Source of the DNA: Saccostrea cucullata
Taxonomy: Eukaryota
Assembly (NCBI RefSeq): GCF_032062105.1
Contig: NW_026929981.1
Location: 124,001-188,000, forward strand
Length of the DNA: 64,000 nt
Direction of reading: 5' to 3'
The position numbers were made by a program, and so were the translations under genes. The notes below the pieces were generated by a model. It was not told where the DNA came from, ran no database searches, and was given only the letters and a program-made list of their open reading frames with translations. This document shows positions 38,542 through 51,247 of this stretch, one piece after another. Each line of letters begins with the position of its first letter. The first letter of the stretch is position 1.

Positions 38542-39608
38542 ATGCTTCTGCACGTTGCTACTTTTAGCTGCTTTTTAGCTGCAGTCAGAACGCAGGTTTT
38601 TAGTCTTGGTAAATGTCCCACAGTTAAAACTCAAGAATCCTTCGACATAAATAAGGTAGGAATCAAATTTGTTATCTTAAAAAGTTTGAAAAATAAAATA
38701 AACACTTCATGTATAAATGGAAAGAGAGAAACATAAACCATAATTATTATTGGCAGTTATTTAATATATTACATGAAATATTTTCAAAACACAATATTGC
38801 ATTAGAGATACTTCCACAATTTCTGCTGTCTAGCGTACTTATAAGATAATCTCTCATATTTATAGTCTTTAACTAATTAATTCTTTCCAGTATTTGGGAG
38901 ACTGGTATGAAATATACAAATTCGAAGCAAGTTTTGAAGGAAAACAAAGATGCATACGTGCTAATTATCAGGCTAAACCGGATGGTCATATTAGAGTGCA
39001 GAACACTGGAATAGAGTCGGTACCATTGCTAATATTTTTTAAGAGTATCAAAATGATATAAATTGAAATTTTATTATTTAACCTTAACCAGCAATAAGTA
39101 AAAGGCTAGCAATATGTTGTACGTCATCTTTCCAGAGATGGTAAGACCATCACAGCTGTAGGAGATGGATTTGCACCTGATAAAGATTTTCCAGCAAAGC
39201 TTCAAGTTAAATTTTCAGAAAGTAAGTTAATTAATATCTAAAAAATAAAACGTTAGCAATGTCTTCACATTTTTTTTCTGTTTAACGTTTGGTTTGTGTT
39301 ATAGAGTATATGAATATCCTAATATATTCTGTTCATTTCTGAAAAGCTACATTGGCTAAGATTTTTCAATACTATTTTCAGAGGCTCCATATGGTAAATA
39401 CTGGGTGTTAGACACTGACTACGACAACTATACGTTGATCTATTCATGCACAGACCTAGCCGGGGTCAGCCATATAGAGTTTGCATGGATCCTAAGTCGC
39501 AAACGGACATTAGATGAACAATACAAAACAAAGCTATACGACCTCGCCACATCCTTCGGTATCAAGACATCGAACTTTCAAACAGAAGATCAGACTGGGT
39601 GTTCTTAA
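38542..39608 (+). CDS. ApoD: Apolipoprotein D-like lipocalin 3 (183 aa), 4 coding exons
   Basis: Exons 38542-38655, 38891-39015, 39136-39221, 39382-39608; exon sizes 114/125/86 conserved. Motifs YLGDWYEI, LDTDYDNY, FAWILSR, DQTGCS*. TATAAA at ~38478. Confidence 0.93.
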
Positions 39609-40959
39609 AATTAACTACATGTGTCTCTTTTCATCACTGTCTGTCTGTCCAACAAATATATGTATTCACTGACTTTTTGTAAATATTTTTAAGTTCTGTA
39701 AATAATAGCTTCATTAAAGTGTATGATTAATAACTTCCTAGCCGTCTGCGTCTATGGGTTCTATTTGTGGACCATGTTTGATGGCCCACACTGCAAATAC
39801 TTGAAAGTAAACAGTGACTCATGAGACATCTTCAGGAACTACAAGAAGGAAATGTTGGTGGAAATTAATTTGTGATTTTATGGTAGCTAGCACTGCACTG
39901 TAAGAAACGCAGAAAAAGACAACCGAAAACTTGTTAAACGGATGTTACTGATTGATAAACAAGAGCATGCAACGTAATTCACTGACCTTTCTTTTTTTAA
40001 AAAAAATCTTTTTTGAGGCAGTTGCCTTAAACGATGCATTAAACAACTACGTGGCACTTTCTTTGATTAGAGGGTGTATTCATCAACGTAAACATAATAC
40101 TTTGTGTAGCTCGATTAAATGGTTGATTTTCCTTATCAGGTGAAAGACCCTTGGTAAAAGAGTTATTTGTTAGTGTATTATATTATATTAAATGGGTTTG
40201 ATATAAGTAATGACATAATCCATGTCTTTACTTTTTTTGAAGAAAATAGTCCTAAATTTTTAAGTTTATCGTGAAATATGCATCAAATATGCATGCTAAT
40301 GAAACTTTTTAAAAAGAAATTTTAGAGAAATTGTCTCAACGACTGCAAAAACAATATAATACACGAAATTTTGTACTATTTATATTGGAAAAAATCTTAA
40401 AACAGTTCGCCCACTAATGTTTAGTACCAAGTCTATTAACTGGATTTTATTATCATTTTAATTTCCCTAGATTTAAAAAGATAATTGGTGTTTTATTGTG
40501 GTCATTTCTAGAAGCATACTGTTTTGAATTGATTTTTCTATTTACTTTTTTAATACAGTACATGTATATGTCTTTTTGTAAGTTTTGTAAATAAACCAGC
40601 AAGTATTATGAGTATAAAAGTTGACAGAAAAACATTCCCTTTGACTGGCATTTCAAAGTTCCGAGATTGCTCTACGACATATTGGGGTTAATTCCAGCTG
40701 CAGTCACTGTCCTTTGTTGATACTTCCATTCTTTTAAAAATTTTCACCCAAAGATATTAAATTCATTAGTGGAAACGATAAACTAAAGTCAATGTTTTGT
40801 ATAGCATAGACAACTGCTTTTGCAATTTAATGGAAATCGTCAACATACTTACCTTCTCATTGATCATTTGCGAAATTATTTTGTCAAAAACCATTCTGAT
40901 TATATCAAGTTGGAAAAGATGCAGTTTCTGTTAGGTAGCTCAGGGATACATGTATCAAT

Positions 40960-41560
40960 TTTTGTAATCATATGAAACAGAATTGGTTCAAACACTTTTA
41001 AATAAGACAAAGAAAACATTTGTTGTGACTTTTAACTCGAAATATAATGCATGTATATCGACGAAGGTATTGTCATTAATAATAGTTACTTCCATTGATA
41101 AGTCGACTCTGTACATCCCAGTAAGTTTAAAAGCAAAATTTCAACAAAGACTGACACATCGTTTCATATTTTGATATTAAAACTAGAAAAAGACTTAATT
41201 AGTAACATAACAGCAAAGTTTTATGATAAACGTTATGACTAAAACTTTTCCTGTGTCAAGTACCCCAGCAACATTATACAGCAACATAAATATCCCCTTG
41301 TCATCTGCATTTAATGTTTATTACTGTCAAACGAGCGGATTCCCAAAAGCATGCTCTACGTATGAACAATTTCTGAAACAGAAACAGAAAAAGCTATTGA
41401 CAAAGAAGTTTGATGACACAAAAATATCAACAGTCTTCATTATTTCGAAAGTATTTGGTCAATACAATAGCCTTTTCAGCAGATACAACCTATCACTGAG
41501 TCAATGCTGAGTGATTTTTTTCATACTTATTTATAGACAATTCTTTACCCACTGAATTAA
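40960..41560 (+). mobile_element. Decayed Penelope-like RT fragment
   Basis: Degenerate YET.LVQ.LL..KK.FVV.FNS..; SNINIPLSSAFNVY..; KACSTYEQFLKQ. Confidence 0.6.
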
Positions 41561-41599
41561 TTTTTTTTCTAGATTCGTTTGTTTCTCTTAATAAGGTCT

Positions 41600-42125
41600 A
41601 CTTGGACCAGATGCCATAGAGAAGTAAGCATCTCCTATTGATCGGTCGTTTTCGTCATGTGTCGCTTGTCTTCGAAATGTTAATTTAAAACCAGATTGTT
41701 GTTGATATTCTTGAGACATCCATAGTCCGGCTCCTTCTAGATACTGTAATGTCCTAATTTCAAATTAAATGGGATTATCAAATCAATGCTGAAATGAAAT
41801 AGAGTAATGTTGATAGAAGAAATGCCGTCGATAAAGCTAAAGGAAGAAACTTTTTAACGTTGATGTTTTTAAATAAATTTTAGGCTTCATATGAATACAG
41901 GTCAGAGCCACAATTAGTACTCATGAGAATTCCAAAAGATTTACCGAAGACAGGTTCTCCAAAAACTACAGAAAAATTACCAAAGAGAAAATCAAGTTTT
42001 TTTTTAATATCAACCTCGGAATACTGTGTGAAAAACGATAATGTATTTAAAGCATTTTTAACAGAGTAAGTTGACAGATGACTGACACTGCATAACAAGA
42101 CATGCACATTCACACGCTTTATCAT
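41600..42125 (-). mobile_element. Decayed Penelope-like fragments (opposite orientation)
   Basis: ORF 41880-42137 YSEVDIKKKLDFLFGNFSVVFGEPVFGKSFGILMSTNCGSDLYSYEA is a degenerate RT GIPMGTNC motif; tail relic ~41600-41670. Confidence 0.6.
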
Positions 42126-42169
42126 TTTATTGAACAATTGTCTATGATGTTAAATAGACGACCTGGTCT

Positions 42170-43115
42170 TAATCTCGTTTTTTTTTCTAAATTTCAAAAG
42201 CTTAAACTGATTTCGTACATTGAAATTCAATATTTTTTGTTCCAAAACCTAAAATTTCAAATTTCCAAACATGTATTATGTTTCTAATTTTTTTTATTTT
42301 TGCCTTAAATATTCAAAATTCAATCTTCCAAAAGCGATTTTGGTATTTTAAAATTTTTCGATTTTGATTTATTGTTCCTTCAGAAAATTCAAATTCTACA
42401 ATCTTAAATTCAGAACCATATTTCGTATTTTGATATTTTGGAAACGACTTCAAGCTTATTAATTTCATCTTTCAAACGTTTTATAGTTTTTTTTAAATCT
42501 TAGAATTTTGAATCAAAACTGACACTTTTTATAGCCAAAAATTCTTTTTATATTATGAGTTTTAAAAATTTTACTTCAAATATCACAAATATCAAATTCC
42601 AAACTCGATTAGAATTTTGAAACTGTGTCAAAAAGTTTTAGGTCAAGCGAAAGAGCTTTTTAGAAACTTAGAATACTAATACAGACATTTTTTCAAAATT
42701 TTAAAATCAGATCCGGTTTGGATATTTGATACTTTGGATATTTGGACTGAAATTCTAAAAAATCAAAAGTGTTTGGGTTATTTGAAATTTGAATGTTTGA
42801 ATCAAAGTCCAAATCTTCTAAAAATCTAAATCGTTTTAAATTGAAGTTTGTAGTAAATTTCAAAATACAAGAAAGGTAAAAAATATATAGTACTGAACTT
42901 AGATTGTTATGTTGTAAACTTCCTGAAAAAACGATAGGCTAAAAACTCAAAAATACCGAAATCTTTTCTTTTTTTTTATTTGATTTTTTAATCATTAGGG
43001 TAAAATGTAAAAAAAAATTTAAACATTTTAAAACGTGCTTGGAAATTTTTAAATAGAATTTAAATTTCATATTTACGAAATTAGTTTGAATTTTGGAATT
43101 TAGAAATTTGACCCA
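42170..43115. mobile_element. Degenerate AT-rich foldback element
   Basis: TTTCTAAATTTCAAAAGCTTAAACTGATTTCGTACATTGAAATT (~42184) is an imperfect inverted copy of ~43064-43107; the interior has TTCAAA/TTTGAA-rich mirrored composition. Confidence 0.5.
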
Positions 43116-44218
43116 ACGTATAAATATTCTTCAACTTTAAACCATTCTTAAAATTTGAATTCTTAAGTGTTACTCGGACCAATATTTTAAGTAGAAAAGA
43201 AAAATCATAAATGGCTCTAGTTTTAACAAAGTAATAACATATTTTCAGTTGTGTAAACAATTTTAAATCAATTGGATAAATTGTCTACATTCAGGACATG
43301 TTCATGTATGGAACTATTTGAGTCTAAGATCTTGCAGTGGTTTGTATTGAAATTAAATATTCCTTAATATTGTAACCCTGTTTACAATCCAACGTTTAAA
43401 CAGATTTGTAAAGTTTAAAATTACATAACAGGAAAAACAATGATAAAAGATTTAATTGCAAATAAATAATGGCAACATTTTAATAGAATGTAACAACATA
43501 TGCATATGACTTAGAAAACCAATCAAATATCTTTTGATTGACAATCACATAAAACATCACATTATTTACTCATCTTCACAACTTAAAGAGACTTTTTAAT
43601 GATATCATGACTATTCATTAGATTTGAGGGCGTGGACTAGAATGAATGACTAAAACACATACTCACTACCTACAAAATTTTACAATTGAACACCTAAACT
43701 TCAAACGACATTTTCTACATGGACGTGGACAAACACAAGGTACAAAAATAAACACATTCAAATTAAAATCAGATGGGAAAAATGATATTTTTAAAAGGCT
43801 GTTTATGTTGCACAGCTAAATTGGTACCTCTGTTACCAAATCAATTTTTCTTAGCATATAGTTCTTAACCCCAAAAACATTACTTTCAAAAAATCAGAAA
43901 ACTGCTTTCATATTTCTATTCATAAACCTAGAAAAATTTGTGTCTTGGTAATCTAAAACACAGAGAAGATTAAATTTGGGGGCGAAACGGTACGAGCTAC
44001 TCTGCAGCCAAACTGTCCTCCCTGACGTAACCTGCGTCATCATTTCAACGTCATAAACATGAAGAGGACAAGCGGATTATTGCTCCACAACCCTAACTGT
44101 TGAGAATCTGTTCCATTTTCGCATTCGACCCTCTGGTACAAGAGATTCCCTTTTACCCAAGACCCAAATTGGCACAACCGATGAGAGAGACTAAACCAAG
44201 AGAATTATTTTTATTTTT

Positions 44219-47200
44219 TCAACCAAACAGCCCATTATTTCTTTGTGTAAACCTCGTCCACCAAGGTACTTGTTGCACAGGCCCTGATGCAACTCCATTA
44301 TTTGGCCTGTTGCTCATAATTAAAGGTAAACAAGTCCTTGTTGACCAGTTACATCTTATGTACGGTGAACCACAGTGATTTGTACCCGGAACGCATTCGG
44401 GTCTCCTCTGACATCTATATATTCTCCGTGTAAATATATCATTAATTCCATCAACCACTAGAAGTCTCCCAAGACCCATGGAAACAAGAGGTTGATGACC
44501 TTGATCGCCTACTATTCTTGGATAGTCTCGGCCAGGATTTATTCCGTTTTGCCTTTGTCTTTGTCGAAATTCTTCCCATAAACAATCAACGAAAGCGTGG
44601 TGAGCAAAAAATGCCGGGTCATACGATGAAGATTCTATGCGACTCATTTGCTCTCCAATCCATACGTGAACATGATTGTGTAATAGTTCTAAGTTATAGC
44701 GATCCTCAGCACTTGGATTGGAAATTTCCCACATCCATCGGCGGCTTAATACATTGTCCACATCAGTTTTCGTCATTAACCTACGGTCAGCTCCGATGTC
44801 ACGGCGGAGGGGTCCATACGGAGTGGAAAATCGCCGGAAGGGACCTGTTACCACAGCTCCATTTCCGTTTCCTAAAAAAAGCGGGGACCACATGATAGAT
44901 CTTCGTGGATCTGGAAGCTCAGCGTCCAGTGTGTTATCCCAGTATGGAACTGTTACGTTTGGTACCTTTTCACGAAGGGCGTTTTCGAACCTAAAAGGAG
45001 ATTTATGTTTATAAAAGTTTTCTGACAGATTTATTTATAATAATCTCTTTTAGTCACCTAAAACAGCAAAATTATGGTACAAGACAATTTTATGACACAT
45101 TACTCGCCTACATGGGCCAATAGTATATATATTTTTTGAAAGTCGTTATATAAGATAGGACTCATTTTCTAACATCACAATACCATTATAATCATAGGAC
45201 ATGATAAGTGCGTTCATTGAACAGTTCTCTTTGCTGTCTTTGTCCAAGTTGAGGCAAGCAATGTTATGAATCGGTAAAGTAAATGACTGAGTGATAAATG
45301 TCCGCCTCATACATGTATAACGACACCTTTAATCTTGGACAGTGAGATATTGGTGGATAACCAAGTAAATTACGTGTAAAGTACATGTTCACCCCCTCCC
45401 TCTTAAAAAATTACGATATATGATTTTTTCCATAAGCATCCTTTATTACTATTATTGTAAACCTAGTCACCAAAGATCCATCATTTATGAGAGAATCATA
45501 CAAAAGTGTTCTCTTTGGCTAAGATCCTGCCATAAAAGAGCTATAAATGAACCCTGGAAATGACTAGGAATGACGAACCAGTTTTTATCTGATCTATCAA
45601 AAACAAAACATTACGTATCTCGAATGTACAAATCCTGTGTTGGGTCAAAAATAAAGGTCATATTCTGAATGTTTTCATTATTTTATCAGTTCATGTCTCA
45701 AATTTATTCAATTTATTCAATTAATTATTTATAAATACAGGTTTTAACTTATTGTGAAGTAAAATGAAAAAGGGGAGTGTAAATTGAAAATATGGATTCA
45801 TGAAGATATACGTTTCGCTTTAGGATTGATATTTGGTTTTCTGATGTGCCATTTTGTTGACCAATCAAACCAGAACTTACAAAATTCAAATCATGACAGA
45901 GTTTCAATAGAGAAAACAAGAAATCTCAAAAAAACAAAAAAACAGATCTACATGTATTAATTACTATTGTACTTTCAGTTTCAACAATATACACAGTATT
46001 GTTGTCTGTAAATACTTACAGCGTGAGATAAATTCTGTGCCATCCCAAAAATCCCGGACCGCCATGCGCACCGGAAGCTGTGTTCCGATGATGAAGCGAA
46101 GCAATGGCGTCGAATTTATTTGGCAATACAGTCTGTGAAATATAACGAAAGAAAGAAAAACCATTACTTAACTTTATGATAATACAAAGCACCATAAGGC
46201 CAGCATTTTTTTATTTTTAGGTTTACAAACCCGCCGCTCAAGTTTTTGCATTTTCAGAAAAAAAATAAAATTGAGAAAAACAGAATTTTTTCTTTCCGAT
46301 GTCAAATTTGAGTCGGGATCGAGGTTTCAAATTTACGAACTCGTACTTCCGGTTTTAAATTTGTGTCAAGTCCATAGCAGCACCTTGATTTAATGTAAAT
46401 ATTTATCGGTAGGAGTGCCATTCAAAACGTTTCACCCGTTCAGAGAACAATAAAATGCTGACGACTTTGTTGCAAAGTGACATGTTGGTGAGATAATTAT
46501 GTATCCGTATTCAAAAGTAACTGTGTCTGTAATTGTAAATTATTTTCCTCCCACAGGTTTAAAACTGCCCATGGTAGCTATTGTCAGAGACATTGTTTAT
46601 GTTTCTGTCATAGCTTACAGTCTTAGCATCATTCTTCAGAAAAGGGTCGCATAAAGGCGCTCTTCATCATTTATGCATCAGATGTAATGAATAAAACTAT
46701 ATTGGGAGAAGTTAAATCCATTTGAGGAAGAAATAAACAATAGCCTAAAGAAATGAAATATTTCAACTATTTAAAAACAAGAATATACAAATATATACAG
46801 GCATATAGTATCGTTTATGGCGGCCAGAAAAATTATTTTACACTTAATTGAAAAAATTCCACCCTACTCCTCAATAAAACTCCCTGTCTGTTTTATGAAA
46901 GGAATTATTACTTTTATAGGTCTAGAGTAAATTAATATTTTGGATTAATTTCTACCTAACACACACATTAAAAACAAAAATGAAGATATATTAAAAGAGA
47001 TTAAAAAAATTGATTTTTTGTTTTAAAAAATCTGTATTTTGTCCAACATCAAAAGATTTATATCACTGCCCCCAACTGGTAGATGATGAAATAAACAATT
47101 AAAGGTTGTATTTTCCCCTTTGTAACCCTTATGTGTCCAAAGGCAAGAAGCCTGTTAGGAGAGCATAAAAAAGAAGAAAAATTAATGTAAAAAGTCGATA

Positions 47201-47643
47201 ACTTTTCCAAAATTTATATTTTTTTCATTTCCTCCTCCTACGGGACTTTTTCATTCTGATGTTCGTAAACCTAAAAATAAAAAAATGCTGGCCTAATGTT
47301 TTTAATTTTCATATGATAAAGGCGCATTGCATTCATTTAAAGGCCGTTAACAGCATTAAAAATGTTGTGCAAAGTGTGAAAATGAGTGAATGAGGTTCAT
47401 GTGTACCCTGTCGTTTTTAAGAAGTAGAATGGCTTGGTGATAGTTCCTGCGCTCTTCATCTGACAGTAATCTGTACTCTTTGCGCACGCGTAGTTCGTTT
47501 CCCCTTGGAAGGTAGAAGAGGCCATTCATCCATTGCACAAACCGGGAATTGGCGTTAGTCGGTGTCCTGATTTGCAGACGACTTATGGGGAATATCGCCA
47601 TAAAAAGGATGAGCACGTGCAATAGAGACATAAGTGACGGCAT
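44219..47643 (-). CDS. Compact secreted tyrosinase-like type-3 copper protein (Tyr-B, ~373 aa), 3 coding exons
   Basis: Exons (minus): 47643-47407, 46132-46020, 44990-44219 (237+113+772 nt, GT-AG). Signal peptide MPSLMSLLHVLILFMAIFPISRL; RVRKEYRLLS. CuA: SLHH..GAHGGPGFLGWHR; VPYWD; CuB: ELLHNHVH..DPAFFAHHAFVD. A TTTCAG acceptor 3 nt before the ATG implies an upstream non-coding exon. Confidence 0.93.
46198..47293. mobile_element. PIF/Harbinger-like non-autonomous DNA transposon in a Tyr-B intron
   Basis: Perfect ~29-bp TIR GGCCAGCATTTTTTTATTTTTAGGTTTAC; TAA duplicated on both sides (46195-46197, 47294-47296). Confidence 0.8.
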
Positions 47644-50600
47644 GATCTGAAATATAATTAATATATTGTTAATTAAACAGTTTCAGGATATGTACATAAC
47701 GATGGAAAACAGCATGAAATAAAACTAGAGTTTAATTCAAACTAGGAAGTAAAAAATTTGCATTTAAATTTTGCATAGAATGTATTCCTTTAGTGTTGCA
47801 ATTAAACATTGATGAAATGAACAGCTACAGATATATGAAAGTAATAGATAGACGAACGGAGGTATAAACATAATATTTTTATGCTTTGACACGCTTTTCG
47901 TCTTATGATGAGCACTTCATTAACCAAGCCACTAGAGAACGATAAAAATATGAACTTGACACATCTGACATATACATTGTACTGCGTCCAAAATCTCTGC
48001 TTATACATGGTTTACGACTCAACATTGCGCTAATACCTGTCACTACCTGGCTGTATCTATAGTACGTTTTGAACGAATTAGGTTAAACTGGATGATCAAA
48101 AGTAGCCGTATTTTTTTTTCTTGTGTTTGCGTTTTGGGCAAAACGAAGAAACAAATTCTTAAGAAAAACTTCGTATATAACTTCTGTGAAATCTTCGCAA
48201 TATTTTCTTTTGGTGGCGAGTACCACGAATCCTTGTTCTTCACGGAATGATATATGTTTTAATTAAAAGAACAGTCTAATGGTTTTTCTTCTACCACTAT
48301 ATTCAGTTCCTCCCACGAACCAATATATCTTCATTAAACAACGAAAATATAAGAAAACGAAATTCAAAAGTTTAAAAGTATTAATTTTGTGTCAGCAAAA
48401 TTGTATAGTCAGCAATTTTTTTTCTTCGAGTTCGTGATTAGAATTTCAGAAATGGGTCCAAGAGAAATGTTGATATATGCAAAGTTGTAAGTTAAGAATA
48501 CAATACCTTTATTAATTTTTTTTTAATTTTCAGCTTTTTTTTTTTTAGCAGACTCAAATATTTATTTTTCAAACAAGAACATCAAACGTCTACAGCAACT
48601 TGAAAAATTGTTAGCCCATTTATATCTGCAGACATAATTACATGTTCCTAAGGAATTTATATCTAAAAGTATAGGTGAATGAACTCTTATGCAGATTTTT
48701 CATACATTCAGGTCAGGGAGAAAATACATGTGTCAGGTTCTAGCTTGTAATGAGAAGATTCTACCACAAATAACGACTTAAACGATGTACCGGTATGGTA
48801 CATGTACAACCAGAGAGCAGATTTATATTACAGTCTCACAAGTAACAATAGTCCAAGAAACACTATTCAGAACTATGCATTTTGTTTGAACAGAAATGGT
48901 GTGCCATATTGAATTTTATAAATAATGTGTTGGTAGTAAGTACAAAGTCTATACCCCCCAAAAGTTACCCCACAAAAGTTTTTATAAAGATTTTAAACAT
49001 GACCTTTCTCTCAAATACATTTTATGTATGGATAAGATGTCTGCAACTTGCAAATTTATTTCTTTCATATTTTTTTTGTTTGTTTGCTGATTTTGCATTT
49101 TTTTTCTTTTCTTTGCTTGACTGATTTAAAAACTTCTTTAAGAAATAAAGTCACGTAATGGCCATGGTACATTACTGTCTTTTAAAATCACAATGGGTAA
49201 AGAATCGTGTTTTACTGGTTTAGTTTTGCCGTATGACTAATGACAGTGGGAATCTACGGTGCCTAGATACCTTAGTGGTTAAGGTCCCTGACAGAAAGAC
49301 GGACAGAAAGGACACATGGCCTTGACCCAAAAAGTCATCCGTAAAATTCTCCTTAATGGTAACCTTATCACTACCTGCTAACTGATATTTTAATGTTGTT
49401 AAAATAATTATAAACCTCGTTTTTTCTCGGTTTTGAACAAGGGACCCACTTTGCTTCAGGAATGGAGACCAATTTAATTCTGAGTAAAATCTTTAATTCG
49501 ACATTAACTTCTTCAATACTTCATCTTCAGATATTCAAAAACTAAAACGTTAGAAATAGTTCTACGGTAAATAAAAGATTACATGACAATGGCCTTTGCG
49601 GTAAAAACTATATTACCATATCGTGGAGGAGCAGGTGCGCGTTCTAGGTTTGACCTAATCTTTGTTGATGACTATTTGACCATAATATGGCCAAAACTGT
49701 CACGATATTGCTAAGAGACCTCAACAATTTATACTAATATACCATTATACATAATCATTATTGGTAAAATCGTCAGATATATGTTTGAGTAATTATTTCC
49801 CCCACAAAGTGTTTTTGTAATCAAATACTTCTGTGTCTAGTCAGGCTAAGTATTATTTTTTAGCTATATAGCGAAAACCTAGAATCAAGATGTGCTTAGT
49901 GTTAAGGCAACTTTTTCGTTTTTCCTACTTACATTACAAATCGTAATTTTTTTTGGTTGTAAAATTATGCTGTAATTTTCAATTTTCAATCTATCATACA
50001 CTAGGAATGTATACGAGTTATCACAAAATAATATGAATTATATTTTTTTCATATAAATATAGTGAAAACAAATATAATTGAAGCTTACACATTTTGTTCT
50101 TTTTTTCTGAAATACTTATTTTTAATGCATAAATACCGCAGCTTGTAGATGATTTAGATACAACAAATTACTTGACGAGTCTTCATGATCTATTGGTATC
50201 TGTAACACATCTCTCAATCATTATTCATATGACTACAATCAATGTCATAATTGTGTGTTTTGTCACAGTTTTGCTCTTTAAAAAAGCTTTAACATTAATT
50301 TTTATTCCATTTACGACATTCATTTTTCTAGTGGATCAACTGGGAATAATTCATTATGAAGAAAAATTTTTGTCAATCATGTCACTATCGAACTCATTAT
50401 TTATGTGTTTTACAACATTGTAAATAATAAGCAAAAACTTTGATACTTAATGTGAGAGGAAAACAGATTCACGGGTCAATCAAATTAGTTTAATTTTATG
50501 GCTTGTTTTGATTTCCTCTTGGTACATGTACATATTCTGGATTTCGAGTTTTACTGCCTAATATACAAATTACTGGGATATGTGACACAGACACTTGTTT

Positions 50601-50965
50601 CATATGTGCAGAACACATCCTACTTGTACTTATTTTAACCGCAATATACCTAACACAATTTCAGACACCCCGATTTCAAACTCGTATGAGTTCATTACCG
50701 TCCTCCCCGGCAAGGAAGACGGTATACATGTACAGATTTGAATTATCTTGCAGTCTTCAGCTTGTATCTTTCCTCTAATTTGATTGTGGAAGATGTGTGA
50801 TGTAAAAAAAAAATTAAATTACAGTATGCTGTTCAAGGGAAGGAAGATTATTTTTGGTGATTGAATAAATATTCGTACGACTTATCAATTTTTCAAGCTT
50901 TCGATCTTAAAAAATATCGACAAAACGAACAAAAGAAAATTACGGTAAATGAAATTGACTCTTAC

Positions 50966-51247
50966 CAACTGTTATCAAGCTTTTGTATATATTCATGGTT
51001 AATGGGATATTTTCGGTATATATTTTTGTAAGCAAGCATTAAAATTTGTGTCTGTTCTTCTTTCGCTTCTATAAATGGTGGTTCTAATTGTCCGTAAAAG
51101 ACAATAGAAGATGTACAAAGCCAAGAACTCCAGTACGTACTCAATGATAATACAGCTTGATAAAGTAGGTGTTTATCAGTTAACTGTTTTAGTTTGTTAC
51201 TAACGATTTCTTTCTTTTCCAGATCTCTTTTATCGACTCCCTTTATA
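50966..51247 (-). other. Candidate promoter and non-coding first exon of Tyr-B
   Basis: Minus-strand TATAAA at 51247-51242 and a G|GTAAG donor at 50966/50965; Tyr-B needs an upstream exon. Other donors exist, so this is tentative. Confidence 0.25.

Noticed and set aside
44100-45014. + strand ORFs of 92-125 aa over Tyr-B
   Set aside because: Antisense to the tyrosinase exon; no independent support.
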